Shown here piece after piece: positions 30,286 to 39,253 of a stretch of 64,000 bases of DNA. This stretch comes from Bdellovibrionota bacterium. GTDB lineage: Bacteria; Bdellovibrionota_G; JALEGL01; DATDPG01. Within the stretch, counting starts at the first letter, position 1; every line of letters begins with the position of its first letter. The translations under genes and the position numbers were made by a program. The notes under the pieces were generated by a model, which was not told the DNA's origin, did not search any database, and worked only from the letters and a program-made list of their open reading frames with translations. The stretch is taken from contig OY764265.1 of NCBI GenBank assembly GCA_963668355.1, positions 1,632,001 to 1,696,000 of the forward strand, in the 5' to 3' direction.

Positions 30286-30322
30286 CGAAAGTCCTAGGGC
30301 TTCAGTTCGAAGCTAAGATTTC

Positions 30323-30348
30323 AAAGCCTGCCTTCCGGTGGGCTTTTT
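30323..30348 (+). terminator. Intrinsic terminator after the FmdB-family gene
   Basis: AAAGCCTGCC-TTCC-GGTGGGCTTT followed by a T tract. Confidence 0.7.
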
Positions 30349-30388
30349 TGTTTTCAACCCCTCATCGAAGCTGAAGATATATCTTATC

Positions 30389-30417
30389 TTGACTTATTAT
30401 GGGCATATGCTCATAAT
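30389..30417 (+). promoter_or_regulatory. Sigma70 promoter of the DUF134 operon with 20-bp palindromic operator (copy 2)
   Basis: TTGACT-17 nt-CATAAT, with the ATG 6 nt after the -10. Near-perfect palindrome ATTATGGGCATATGCTCATAAT at 30396..30417. Confidence 0.8.
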
Positions 30418-30423
30418 GAAGAT

Positions 30424-30876
30424 ATGCCGAGGCCAAAGTTACGTCGATGGATCGAATCGCATCCGACTCAAAACTGGTTCAAGCCAGCGGGAGTTACCTT
30501 GCGAAACTTGGAAGAAGTCGTTCTTTCTTTGGATGAGATTGAAGCCATTCGCTTGAGTGACTTGGAGGGCATGTATCAAGAAACAGCGGCAGAAAGAATG
30601 AATGTGTCTCGCCAGACGTTGGGGCGGATTCTGCAGTCTGCTCATCGCAAAATTGCGGAGGCTTTGGTTCAAGGAAAGGCCATTCGTCTCCAAGGAGGTT
30701 CCATACAAATGAGGGACAATCAAGAAAACGAAAAAAACCAGAAAGAAGAAAGATTAGGCACCAGAGGTCAAGGCGGGCGTCGGCAAGGGGGTAGGCAGGG
30801 TCGCGGTCGTGGGTGTGGACTGGGTCAAGGACGAGGGTCTAAAAGAGGCCGGGGTGGAGAAGGACGAGGAGGCTGA
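30424..30876 (+). CDS. DUF134 family predicted DNA-binding protein
   Basis: MPRPKLRR...FKPAG...LSLDEIEAIRLSDLEGMYQETAAERMNVSRQTLGRILQSAHRKIAEALVQGKAIRLQGG (HTH); Gly/Arg-rich tail. Confidence 0.9.
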   Translation: MPRPKLRRWIESHPTQNWFKPAGVTLRNLEEVVLSLDEIEAIRLSDLEGMYQETAAERMNVSRQTLGRILQSAHRKIAEALVQGKAIRLQGGSIQMRDNQENEKNQKEERLGTRGQGGRRQGGRQGRGRGCGLGQGRGSKRGRGGEGRGG

Positions 30877-30877
30877 C

Positions 30878-31213
30878 ATGAAAATCGCCATTTCATCGAG
30901 TGGAAAAAAATTATCAGATCCCGTGGATGAGCGTTTCGGAAGAGCCGCTTATTTGTTGATTTATGACACCGAAGCCAAGCAGTTTTCCGCCTTGGATAAT
31001 CAGTCAAATGTGGAGGCCGCAAGTGGTGCGGGCCCTCAAGCTGTGGATTTCATTGCCACACATGGGGTCGAAGTTTTATTAACTGGAAATGTTGGGCCCA
31101 AGGCGGCCATGGCTTTGCACGCGGCAAAGATTAAGTCGTATGCGGTGACGGGCATCTCGGCCAAGGAAGCCATTGACCGGTATGAACGGGGTGAACTCAA
31201 CGAAATATCATAG
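30878..31213 (+). CDS. NifB/NifX-family Fe-Mo cluster-binding domain protein
   Basis: MKIAISS...VDERFGRAAYLLIYD...GAGPQA...LTGNVGPKA. Start moved to ATG 30878 after GAGGAGG. Confidence 0.9.
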   Translation: MKIAISSSGKKLSDPVDERFGRAAYLLIYDTEAKQFSALDNQSNVEAASGAGPQAVDFIATHGVEVLLTGNVGPKAAMALHAAKIKSYAVTGISAKEAIDRYERGELNEIS

Positions 31214-31224
31214 AAAAGGAGTGA

Positions 31225-31509
31225 ATGATGCCAAGAGGTGATCGAACGGGTCCCTTCGGAGAAGGACCAAGAACAGGAAGAGGAATGGGATTGTGCAATG
31301 GAAACCGGGTTCCAGGTTTCGGCCAAGGTCGCGGGCGTGGTATGGCTCAGGGCCGAGGATGGAGACGTGGAATCGGAAGCCAGCGCTTCGCTCAAGGAAA
31401 TGCAGGAAGCGAGAACGTTTCTTGGGAACAAATGGACCGAATGGAGCAGCTGGAAGGGATGTTGGAAGATCTCAAAGAAGAACTATTACGGTTAAAAAAC
31501 AAGAAATAG
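31225..31509 (+). CDS. DUF5320 family protein
   Basis: MPRGDRTGPFGEGPRTGRGMGLC N-terminus, GRG repeats, C-terminal coiled coil. Confidence 0.85.
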   Translation: MMPRGDRTGPFGEGPRTGRGMGLCNGNRVPGFGQGRGRGMAQGRGWRRGIGSQRFAQGNAGSENVSWEQMDRMEQLEGMLEDLKEELLRLKNKK

Positions 31510-31541
31510 TTTGAGGACTTTATCAATATAGAGGTTTTGCA

Positions 31542-32408
31542 TTGATCATTTCCATTGCAAGCGGAAAAGGGGGTACAGGCAAGACCACCGTTGCCCTGTC
31601 TCTAGCTTCTGTGCTTTCGAAACGCGATGAAGGCGTAACGTTGCTGGATTGTGACGTGGAAGCGCCGAATGCTCATCTCTTTCTGCCCGCCAAACCCAAG
31701 AAAATTCGTGACGTCATGAAGTTGGTTCCGAAAGTGGATCCCCAAAAATGCGACGCATCGGGGATGTGTGGAAAGGTATGTGAGTTCGGAGCCATAATTT
31801 TATTGGGTAAGAAGGTTCTGGTATTCCCGGAACTATGTCACTCATGCAATGCGTGTTTGCGTTTTTGCCCAAGTCAGGCGCTGAGTGAGTCTCCTCATCC
31901 GATTGGAACTCTTGAAGAGATAGAGCAGGTGGACTTCCGCTTGGTGTTTGGTCGGTTGAACGTGGGCGTGCCTTCTGCCGTTCCACTGATCCAGGCCGTA
32001 CGTGAACACATCAACATGAATGGAACGACCCTCATCGATGGTCCTCCAGGAGCCTCTTGTTCTTTATTGGAGGCCCTTCGCGATGTAGATTTCGCGCTAT
32101 TGGTCACGGAACCAACACCCTTTGGGCTCCATGATTTAAAGAAAGCCGTTTCCATTGTGCGTACAAACCCACGTCCATTTGGAGTGGTCGTCAATCGGAT
32201 GGGTATCGGAGATGAACGAGTTCAACAATATTGTCGAAGCGAAAATATTCCCATCCTGATGGAGATTCCACATTCCCTATCGATTGCCAAAGCATACTCT
32301 TCAGCAAAGATCCTGACGGATGCCTGTCCAGAATATGTGGAAAAATTTGAGCGTTTATTCGATCGCATCCAACTCATGGTTCATGAGGAAAGTGAAAAAA
32401 TCGCATGA
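31542..32408 (+). CDS. MinD-superfamily P-loop ATPase with inserted 4Fe-4S ferredoxin domain
   Basis: ASGKGGTGKTT, DCDVEAPN, CHSCNACLRFCP, DGPPGASC and VTEPTPFGLHDL. Confidence 0.9.
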   Translation: MIISIASGKGGTGKTTVALSLASVLSKRDEGVTLLDCDVEAPNAHLFLPAKPKKIRDVMKLVPKVDPQKCDASGMCGKVCEFGAIILLGKKVLVFPELCHSCNACLRFCPSQALSESPHPIGTLEEIEQVDFRLVFGRLNVGVPSAVPLIQAVREHINMNGTTLIDGPPGASCSLLEALRDVDFALLVTEPTPFGLHDLKKAVSIVRTNPRPFGVVVNRMGIGDERVQQYCRSENIPILMEIPHSLSIAKAYSSAKILTDACPEYVEKFERLFDRIQLMVHEESEKIA

Positions 32409-33286
32409 AACAACTCGTGGTCATCAGTGGAAAGGGAGGAACCGGAAAAACCACGCTTTCGGCCTCTTTGGCTTCCATGGCCCAAAATGCCGTTTTTGTG
32501 GATTGCGATGTGGATGCAGCTAACTTGAACATTCTCTTGCGTGGTCATGAAAAACATTCTGAAGAGTTTTCGGGGGGAAAGCGTGCTGAGATTCTCTCGG
32601 AGGAATGTGGAAACTGTGGAGTTTGTCTGGAGGCTTGTCAGTTTGAGGCGATACTCGAAAACGATGGATCTCAGTTTTGGATTGATCCCCTTCGTTGTGA
32701 AGGGTGTGGTCTTTGTGTGCGACTTTGTCCGGAAAAAGCCATCTCTTTTAACTCGGTAGTCACGGGAAATTGTTTTGTTTCTCAAACAGATCGCCACCCT
32801 CTCATTCACGCAGAACTCTTTCCAGGAAGTGAAAACTCCGGGAAATTAGTTTCTCAAGTTCGAAAGATGGCTCAAGATTATGCTCGGGAGAATCACAAAG
32901 ATCTCATTGTCATTGATGGGCCTCCCGGAGTGGGGTGTCAAGTCATTGCAAGTGTGACGGCCACTGACCTCGTTTTGGTGGTTACCGAGCCTACGCCTTC
33001 GGGCATAACAGATATGGAGCGGGCGTTGGCGTTGGCCAAACACTTCAAACTTCCCTCCAGGGTGTGCATCAATAAAGTCGATTTGAATCCAGACTTGGTG
33101 AAATCCATCGAAAAAAAGGTGTTGAATATGGGCTCCAAGGTAATCGGGAAATTGCCCTTTGAGAAAGACCTGACCAAGGCCCAAATTCGAAACCAAATTT
33201 GGGAACAGGAAACATCTTCAAATTGGATGAAAGCGGTCGAAAGCATGTGGCCAAATCTTCTAAAAGCGTTAGAGTCAGTGCCATGA
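32405..33286 (+). CDS. Second MinD-superfamily P-loop ATPase with inserted ferredoxin domain
   Basis: ISGKGGTGKTT, DCDVDAAN, CGNCGVCLEAC, CEGCGLCVRLCP, ENSGKLV, DGPPGVGC and VTEPTPSG. Confidence 0.9.
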   Translation: MKQLVVISGKGGTGKTTLSASLASMAQNAVFVDCDVDAANLNILLRGHEKHSEEFSGGKRAEILSEECGNCGVCLEACQFEAILENDGSQFWIDPLRCEGCGLCVRLCPEKAISFNSVVTGNCFVSQTDRHPLIHAELFPGSENSGKLVSQVRKMAQDYARENHKDLIVIDGPPGVGCQVIASVTATDLVLVVTEPTPSGITDMERALALAKHFKLPSRVCINKVDLNPDLVKSIEKKVLNMGSKVIGKLPFEKDLTKAQIRNQIWEQETSSNWMKAVESMWPNLLKALESVP

Positions 33287-34302
33287 CCCAAAAGATGGAT
33301 GTCGACGCAATTCTTCAAAAATCTGAGAATCACGAATTCATAAATGGAGAAGAAATCGCCTTTCTGTTTTCCCTTTCGCCTTTTTCCAGGGAATCCGCTT
33401 TGGTACGGGCGATGTCGTATCAAAAAAGCCAGGAGTGCAATCAAGGGTGGGCGGAAGTCCATGCCCAAGTCGGATTGAATATTTCTCCTTGTTCGAAGAA
33501 CTGTCTCTTTTGTGCCTTTGCGGCCAAAAACCAGGTGTTTAAAGAGCGGGTGAAACTGAGTGTGGAGGAGGCCGTTCAGATGACGTCTCAGTTTGAGCGA
33601 GATGGAGCCAATGCCATTTTTTTGATGGCCACGGCCGATTTTGATTTTTGCGAGTTCTTGGAAACGACGACGGAAATCAAAAGAAATTTACGTAAGGACA
33701 CGGTCCTTGTGGCGAATGTGGGGGATTTTTCGCTGGAGGAAGCCAAGAAATTAAAAGATGTGGGTTTTTCGGGTGTTTACCATGCGGTTCGTTTGGGCGA
33801 AGAAAAAATCACTCGAATTCCAGTGAAGAGGCGGCTGGAGACTTTTTTGAATGCAAAAGAAGTGGGATTGTCCTTGGGTACCTGCGTTGAGCCTGTCGGA
33901 CCAGAACATACCGTTGAGGAGTTGGTTGAAAAGACCTTAATCACGCGAGAGGCCGCTCCAGTATACAGTGGGGCTGCTCGAAGAATCCCCATTCCCAATA
34001 CCGAATTGGCCAGACATGGGATTGTGAGCGAAGCGAGGATGGCCCATATTCTGGCCGTGGTTCGTGTGGCTCTCCCCAAATCCATTCCCGGAAATTGCAC
34101 ACATGAACCGAATGTTGTCGGCGTGGCTTCGGGATCGAATCTGCTGTGGGCGGAGGTTGGTTCTAACCCTCGTGATCCAGAGAAACAGACAGAAAGAGCC
34201 AGGGGCTTAGATGTTGGGACATGTCGAAAAATGTTTGAGGAAGCAGAAGTGAACGTGTTGAATGGACCCTCCTTGATGTATCAGAGTCCATCCTCTAATT
34301 AG
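33283..34302 (+). CDS. Radical SAM protein, biotin-synthase-like fold, function unknown
   Basis: CSKNCLFC (CxxxCxxC), YHAVRLGE, CVEPVGPEH, CTHEP and AEVGSNPRD. Start moved to ATG 33283, overlapping the upstream stop (ATGA). Confidence 0.85.
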   Translation: MTQKMDVDAILQKSENHEFINGEEIAFLFSLSPFSRESALVRAMSYQKSQECNQGWAEVHAQVGLNISPCSKNCLFCAFAAKNQVFKERVKLSVEEAVQMTSQFERDGANAIFLMATADFDFCEFLETTTEIKRNLRKDTVLVANVGDFSLEEAKKLKDVGFSGVYHAVRLGEEKITRIPVKRRLETFLNAKEVGLSLGTCVEPVGPEHTVEELVEKTLITREAAPVYSGAARRIPIPNTELARHGIVSEARMAHILAVVRVALPKSIPGNCTHEPNVVGVASGSNLLWAEVGSNPRDPEKQTERARGLDVGTCRKMFEEAEVNVLNGPSLMYQSPSSN

Positions 34303-34315
34303 AGAGAAGGTTGAT

Positions 34316-35101
34316 GTGACGTGGAATCTTGATCCAGAAATTTTTTCCGTGGGACCCGTAACGATTCGTTGGTACGGACTTTTGTTCGCCTCCGGATTTT
34401 TGGCTGGCACCAAGGTTTTGGCCCGCATTTTAAAAAGCGAAGGAAAGTCTGAAGAAGAGGCTTATAATCTTCTCTCGTATATGTTCTTTGGGGTCTTGAT
34501 TGGCGCCCGTTTGGGACATTGCATTTTTTATGATCCGGGCTACTACTTCAGCCATCCTTTGGAAATTTTGAAGATCTGGGAAGGGGGCCTGGCCAGCCAT
34601 GGTGCTGCCATTGGCATCATGATTGCCGTCTGGCTCTATGTAAGGAAGACAAATATGGGCTCTTGGCTTTGGCTTGCCGATCGACTGAGTGCGCCCATTG
34701 CGTTGGGAGGAGCTTTCGTTCGTTTTGGAAATTTTTTCAATTCAGAGATTTTAGGAAAACCCACCGATGTGCCTTGGGGAATCACTTTCCAGAGAATTGA
34801 CTCCATTCCTCGACATCCCTCTCAACTGTATGAAGCGTTTCTTTTACTTGCGATCTTTTTCGTTTTGCGCGTTGTGTACAATCGAAAAAAAAGATCTACG
34901 CCAGAAGGTCTTCTTTTGGGATTGCTCATGACATGTTTGTTTTCTGTGCGATTTTTCTTGGAATTTTTGAAGACACAGCAAGCCGCTTTTGAAAATCCAT
35001 ACCTGCTCAATATGGGACAAATGTTAAGTCTTCCACTGACCGCGGTTGGCCTATTTCTTTTGATTCGAGTTTGGATTTCCCGAAAGGAAACCTCTCGCTA
35101 A
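34316..35101 (+). CDS. lgt: Prolipoprotein diacylglyceryl transferase
   Basis: IRWYGL, IGARLGH, IWEGGLASHG, RFGNFFNSEILG, RHPSQLYE and MGQMLS. Confidence 0.95.
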   Translation: MTWNLDPEIFSVGPVTIRWYGLLFASGFLAGTKVLARILKSEGKSEEEAYNLLSYMFFGVLIGARLGHCIFYDPGYYFSHPLEILKIWEGGLASHGAAIGIMIAVWLYVRKTNMGSWLWLADRLSAPIALGGAFVRFGNFFNSEILGKPTDVPWGITFQRIDSIPRHPSQLYEAFLLLAIFFVLRVVYNRKKRSTPEGLLLGLLMTCLFSVRFFLEFLKTQQAAFENPYLLNMGQMLSLPLTAVGLFLLIRVWISRKETSR

Positions 35102-35102
35102 G

Positions 35103-36803
35103 TCATTTTTCTTTTGGGAATGGCCAGGCAGCTACGCCTCCCTCCAGAACACGAACATTTTTCCAGCCATGAGCCTTTAGAATCAAAGAGGCCTCATATC
35201 CTCGAAGCGAGATCTTGCAGTAGCAGACGACTTCTTGATTCTTGTCCTCTGGAAGCTCATGCAATCTTTTTCTAAGTTGCCCCAAGGGAATCAGCGTCTC
35301 TCCAATCCCGAGATGGGTTTCTTCATATTCATCAGGGTTTCGCGTATCGAGAAGAAAGGGAGTGTTTCCTTGGTCCACCTTTTCTTTGAGTTCGATTGCC
35401 GATATGGGGTGGAAACGCCCTTTCAATGTGTTTTGAAGAACATGGGCAGTCGCAATGAAGTGATCGATGGCTAAAGAGAACGGGGGTGCATAGGGGAGGT
35501 CTGAGTTGACCAGATCTTCAACCGTGAGTTTTCCTTGAATGGCAATGGCCCATTGACCCACTTGTTTGGCTACATCCCCCAGTCCAACGCATTGTGCCCC
35601 CAGAATTCGCCCGCTGGATTTATCTGCCAGGACCTTCGTAACCAAAAGCTTTCCTTTCATAAATCCCGGTTTGTCCGGACCGGCGTTGATCACAGATACG
35701 GTATTGTCAAATCCCTGATCCTTTGCAGATCGCGCATTTAAACCCGTAGATCCCGCGGCAAACTCAAAGATTTTGCATATTCCCGTTTGAATGGTTCCCG
35801 GAAATCGAACGGTGTCTCCCAAAATGGCATTTTCACCGGCGACACGCCCTTCCAAGTTTGCCAAATCTCCGAAAGGAGCGTGGACGGACTTTCCAGTAAT
35901 CCGGTGGTTGACTTCAATGCAGTCTCCCGCCGCATAGATGTGAGGATCTGAAGTGCGCATATGTGAATCAACAAGAATTCCGCCCGTTCTTCCAATTTCC
36001 AACCCCGCTTCTTGTGCGAGTTCGCCATTTGGTTTCACGCCAATGGCGGAAACAGCCAACTGACAGGGAAGGGTCGTGCCATCCGAAAGTTTAACCCCTG
36101 TCAGTTTTCCATCCTCTCCGATGAATTCAGAGAGTCCGTTGTTGATGTAAACATGAACGCCCTGACTTCTGAGATGGTTTTCAACCAATTTAGCCAACTC
36201 CCAATCCAAAAAGGTTAGAAGTTGGGGCAAAATCTCAACGACCGAGGTTTCGATTCCTGCGAGTCTCAAGGCCTCACATGTTTCAATGCCGATTAAGCCT
36301 CCACCAATGACCACCGCATGCTCGACATTCTTTTCATCTCGGACTTTTCGGAGGTAATCGGCATCTTGCATGCTTTGTAGCGTGGTGATGCCCGAGAGCC
36401 CGTATCCCTTCACAGGAGGGATACGAGGCGACGCTCCAGTGGCCAAAATCAACGAGTCATAGGGAAGGGTTTTTTGCTCGCCCGTTGAAAGGTGTCTGCA
36501 GGTGACAGTTTGTTGAGTTCGGTCAATGGAAAGGGCTTCTGTTTCTGTGAGTGCTTTGATGTTTTTTGCCGCCAAAAAAAAGGAAGGATCTCGTACGATT
36601 CCGGTGGGAGCGCATAAAAGCATGTTTCGATCATCAAAGAAGCCCCCCACATAGTAAGGATACCCGCAGGAAGCCATGGAAAGATCGGGTCCCTTTTGAA
36701 TGATTGTAATGTCCGCATACTCGTCCAATCTACGAGCTTTCGAAGCGGCCTTAGGGCCAGCAGCAGATCCTCCGATGATGACAATTCGTTTTGATGCTTG
36801 CAT
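35103..36803 (-). CDS. CoA-disulfide/persulfide reductase with C-terminal rhodanese domain (Npsr/CoADR-RHD type)
   Basis: IIGGSAAG FAD motif, SMASCGYPYY redox Cys, GGGLIGIE, IYAAGDC, YAPPFS, and rhodanese tail LLDTR...YCKISLRG...LEGG. Confidence 0.9.
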   Translation of the reverse strand: MQASKRIVIIGGSAAGPKAASKARRLDEYADITIIQKGPDLSMASCGYPYYVGGFFDDRNMLLCAPTGIVRDPSFFLAAKNIKALTETEALSIDRTQQTVTCRHLSTGEQKTLPYDSLILATGASPRIPPVKGYGLSGITTLQSMQDADYLRKVRDEKNVEHAVVIGGGLIGIETCEALRLAGIETSVVEILPQLLTFLDWELAKLVENHLRSQGVHVYINNGLSEFIGEDGKLTGVKLSDGTTLPCQLAVSAIGVKPNGELAQEAGLEIGRTGGILVDSHMRTSDPHIYAAGDCIEVNHRITGKSVHAPFGDLANLEGRVAGENAILGDTVRFPGTIQTGICKIFEFAAGSTGLNARSAKDQGFDNTVSVINAGPDKPGFMKGKLLVTKVLADKSSGRILGAQCVGLGDVAKQVGQWAIAIQGKLTVEDLVNSDLPYAPPFSLAIDHFIATAHVLQNTLKGRFHPISAIELKEKVDQGNTPFLLDTRNPDEYEETHLGIGETLIPLGQLRKRLHELPEDKNQEVVCYCKISLRGYEASLILKAHGWKNVRVLEGGVAAWPFPKEK

Positions 36804-36833
36804 GATTCATCCTTAGGTAAAAGCGTGTTGAGG

Positions 36834-36863
36834 CAGTTTTGTACATATGCACAAAACTGTCAA
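36834..36863 (-). promoter_or_regulatory. Promoter of the CoADR-rhodanese gene with 20-bp palindromic operator (copy 3)
   Basis: Minus strand TTGACA-G-TTTTGTGCATATGTACAAAA; extended palindrome CAGTTTTGTACATATGCACAAAACTG. Confidence 0.75.
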
Positions 36864-36895
36864 GAGGGTTCCAAGCCCTCTGAATCGTGGGGAGG

Positions 36896-37912
36896 TTAAT
36901 AGCTATGTTCGTCGATGATGACCTTGCCTTTAAATTTTCGGTAGATGAAAACGGTGTAACCAATCACCAGAGGCATTCCCACGAGGGCGATGACCAACAT
37001 GACCTTTAAGGTGTAGTCGCTGGAGGAGTGGGTATAGGCCGTTAGACTATCCTCTAGATTTAGCGTGGAAGGAACCAGACGCGGGAACAATCGGGCAGTG
37101 GCAAGTCCGAACGCACTACCGATCACCACGCTCGTGGCGAGAAATGTTCTTCCAGCTTTCTTTGCGTGGTTCGCCAAAGGTATATAGATCAGTCCTCCCA
37201 GGAGTAGAAGAAAGAAGAGCCACGTGACAAGTCCTTTGGGCCCCTTTTGATATAAGTGAGGAGCGGCAAAAAATCCGTAGATCGTAACCCCTATAAAGAG
37301 AAGAATGAAAACGACCCATGTTTTTGAAATCCACCGTCGCATTCGAATTTGAAGGTCTCCCTCGGTCTTCCAGCTCATATATGCCGCCCCATGCATGGTG
37401 AGAGCAGCTAATCCAAAAAGTCCTATCAAAAGAGAGAAAGGATTCAAAAGACCGAGGAAAGAGGCGTGTATCTGAGCGTTTGAGTCAACCGCCATTCCAC
37501 GGAGGATGTTTCCGAAAGCTACACTTAAAAGGAGAGCCGAAACCAGACTTCCGAATCCAAAGGCATAATCCCAAAACTTTTTCCACCTGGCGTCTTCCAC
37601 TTTGCTTCGAAATTCAAATGAGGTGGCTCTAAAGATGAGCGCAACCAGCAAAAGCATGAGCGCAAGATACAAGGCACTAAAGACACCGGCATAGACAGGC
37701 GGGAAAGCGGCAAAAAGAGCCCCACCTCCTGTGAGTAGCCAAACCTCGTTTCCATCCCAAACGGGACCGATGGCGTTCATGTGAATGCGTCTCTCTTCTT
37801 CACTTTTTGCAAAGAGATGAAGGATGCCAACTCCCAGGTCAAAACCATCCAAAATGGCATAGCCCCCCAACAAGACACCAACGAGTAAAAACCATATGAG
37901 ATGTAGGTCCAT
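36896..37912 (-). CDS. cydB: Cytochrome bd ubiquinol oxidase subunit II
   Basis: YAILDGFDLGVG, IGPVWDGNEVWL and FAAFPPVY. Start moved to ATG 37912 (SD GGAGG), just after the cydA stop. Confidence 0.95.
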   Translation of the reverse strand: MDLHLIWFLLVGVLLGGYAILDGFDLGVGILHLFAKSEEERRIHMNAIGPVWDGNEVWLLTGGGALFAAFPPVYAGVFSALYLALMLLLVALIFRATSFEFRSKVEDARWKKFWDYAFGFGSLVSALLLSVAFGNILRGMAVDSNAQIHASFLGLLNPFSLLIGLFGLAALTMHGAAYMSWKTEGDLQIRMRRWISKTWVVFILLFIGVTIYGFFAAPHLYQKGPKGLVTWLFFLLLLGGLIYIPLANHAKKAGRTFLATSVVIGSAFGLATARLFPRLVPSTLNLEDSLTAYTHSSSDYTLKVMLVIALVGMPLVIGYTVFIYRKFKGKVIIDEHSY

Positions 37913-37913
37913 G

Positions 37914-39248
37914 TTAAACCTCCGAGGAAGATGGAATTTCGTGTTTGACTTCACGGAACAGAACAAAAAGATACAAAGCTCCCAAAGCCAGATAAACCAG
38001 GCTAAACAAAATGATGCTAAATAAGATTTCTCCGGAACCCACGGTGGGGGAATACGAATCGGCTGTTCGGAGAAGTTTGTACACAGCCCAAGGTTGCCGG
38101 CCAACTTCAGCAGCAAACCAACCAAATTGACACGCGATCAAAGGAAGGGGCGTAGAGATTACCAAGGCCCAAAGAACTTTTCGTTGGCTCCACAAATTCC
38201 CTTTCCAATGCAAAAAAGCACTCACAAGAGTTAGGAAAATAAACCACCCCCCTAGAAGAACCATATTGTGAAAGGAGACGAAGGTTCCCCAGAGGGGAGG
38301 ACGATCATCTTTTGGAAAATCATTGATCCCCTTTACTTCGGCATTGAAATCACCAAAGGCCATCCAGCTGAGCAGGCCTTTCAATGGAAGCTCAAGCGGA
38401 AGGTGTATTTTGGGGGTGTCCGAATGAACCAGCCCAAAGACTAAAAGAGGGGCGCCGTTTTCGGTTTCGTAGACCCCTTCAATGGCTGCGAATTTTTCAG
38501 GTTGGGTTCGAGCCACCTGTTGAGCGTGATGATGCCCCGTGGGCATGGCCGTCAATATCGAAAAAATCAACCCTACCCAGACCGAAACGGTCAAAGCTTT
38601 GCGGCCCACGACATGATCTTTGTTTTTTAGAAGCAAGAACGCGGCGGTGCCTGCCATAAAGAAAGCGCCGGCAACCATAGAGGCAGAGATCGTATGCAAA
38701 AATCTCGGCATCATGGAGGGATTGAAAACCGCTTCATAGAAACTGGTAAGTTCCGCTCTTCCCAAAGCTTCGTTCATGACATAGCCCGCAGGGGTTTGTT
38801 GCCAGGAATTGGCCACAAGAATCCAGAACGCTGAAATCGTTGATCCCACAGCCACCATGAGAATGCTGAACCAATGAAGGCCCGGAGAAACCTTTTTCCG
38901 CCCAAAAAGATAAAGTCCCAAAAATGTGGATTCCAAGAAAAAGGCAAACACACCCTCTGCGGCCAAAGGTGCACCGAATATATCTCCGACAAAGGTGGAA
39001 TACCGAGACCAATTGGTCCCAAACTGAAACTCCATCACAATGCCTGTAGCGACTCCCACCGCAAAGGTTAGCGCCAAAAGCTTGGCATAGAATTTTCCCG
39101 TTTGTACGGCTACGGTGTCATTTCGTTTCCAGCCTTTCCACTCCAACCAAACCAATAACCATGCAAGGCCAATGGAGATGGGAGGGAATAAAAAATGAAA
39201 TCCCACAGTAAGTCCAAATTGAATACGAGAAAGTAGTAATGCGTCCAT
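37914..39248 (-). CDS. cydA: Cytochrome bd ubiquinol oxidase subunit I (short Q-loop)
   Basis: SRIQFG..FHFLFPP, EFQFGTNW, RFLH, QPEKFAAIEG, FHNMV and EVGRQPW. Confidence 0.95.
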   Translation of the reverse strand: MDALLLSRIQFGLTVGFHFLFPPISIGLAWLLVWLEWKGWKRNDTVAVQTGKFYAKLLALTFAVGVATGIVMEFQFGTNWSRYSTFVGDIFGAPLAAEGVFAFFLESTFLGLYLFGRKKVSPGLHWFSILMVAVGSTISAFWILVANSWQQTPAGYVMNEALGRAELTSFYEAVFNPSMMPRFLHTISASMVAGAFFMAGTAAFLLLKNKDHVVGRKALTVSVWVGLIFSILTAMPTGHHHAQQVARTQPEKFAAIEGVYETENGAPLLVFGLVHSDTPKIHLPLELPLKGLLSWMAFGDFNAEVKGINDFPKDDRPPLWGTFVSFHNMVLLGGWFIFLTLVSAFLHWKGNLWSQRKVLWALVISTPLPLIACQFGWFAAEVGRQPWAVYKLLRTADSYSPTVGSGEILFSIILFSLVYLALGALYLFVLFREVKHEIPSSSEV

Positions 39249-39253
39249 TCCTA

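Noticed and set aside
30878..33286. Nitrogen fixation cluster (NifX-like protein plus P-loop ATPases)
   Set aside because: No nifH/D/K. The ATPases are MinD-type with ferredoxin inserts, a module widespread in non-diazotrophs.
36896..38125. Long N-terminal extensions given by the ORF track (cydB from 38125; similarly 18045, 30809, 33199, 49127, 58448)
   Set aside because: Most overlap neighbouring genes, and downstream ATGs with an SD or coupling to the upstream stop match the family N-termini.
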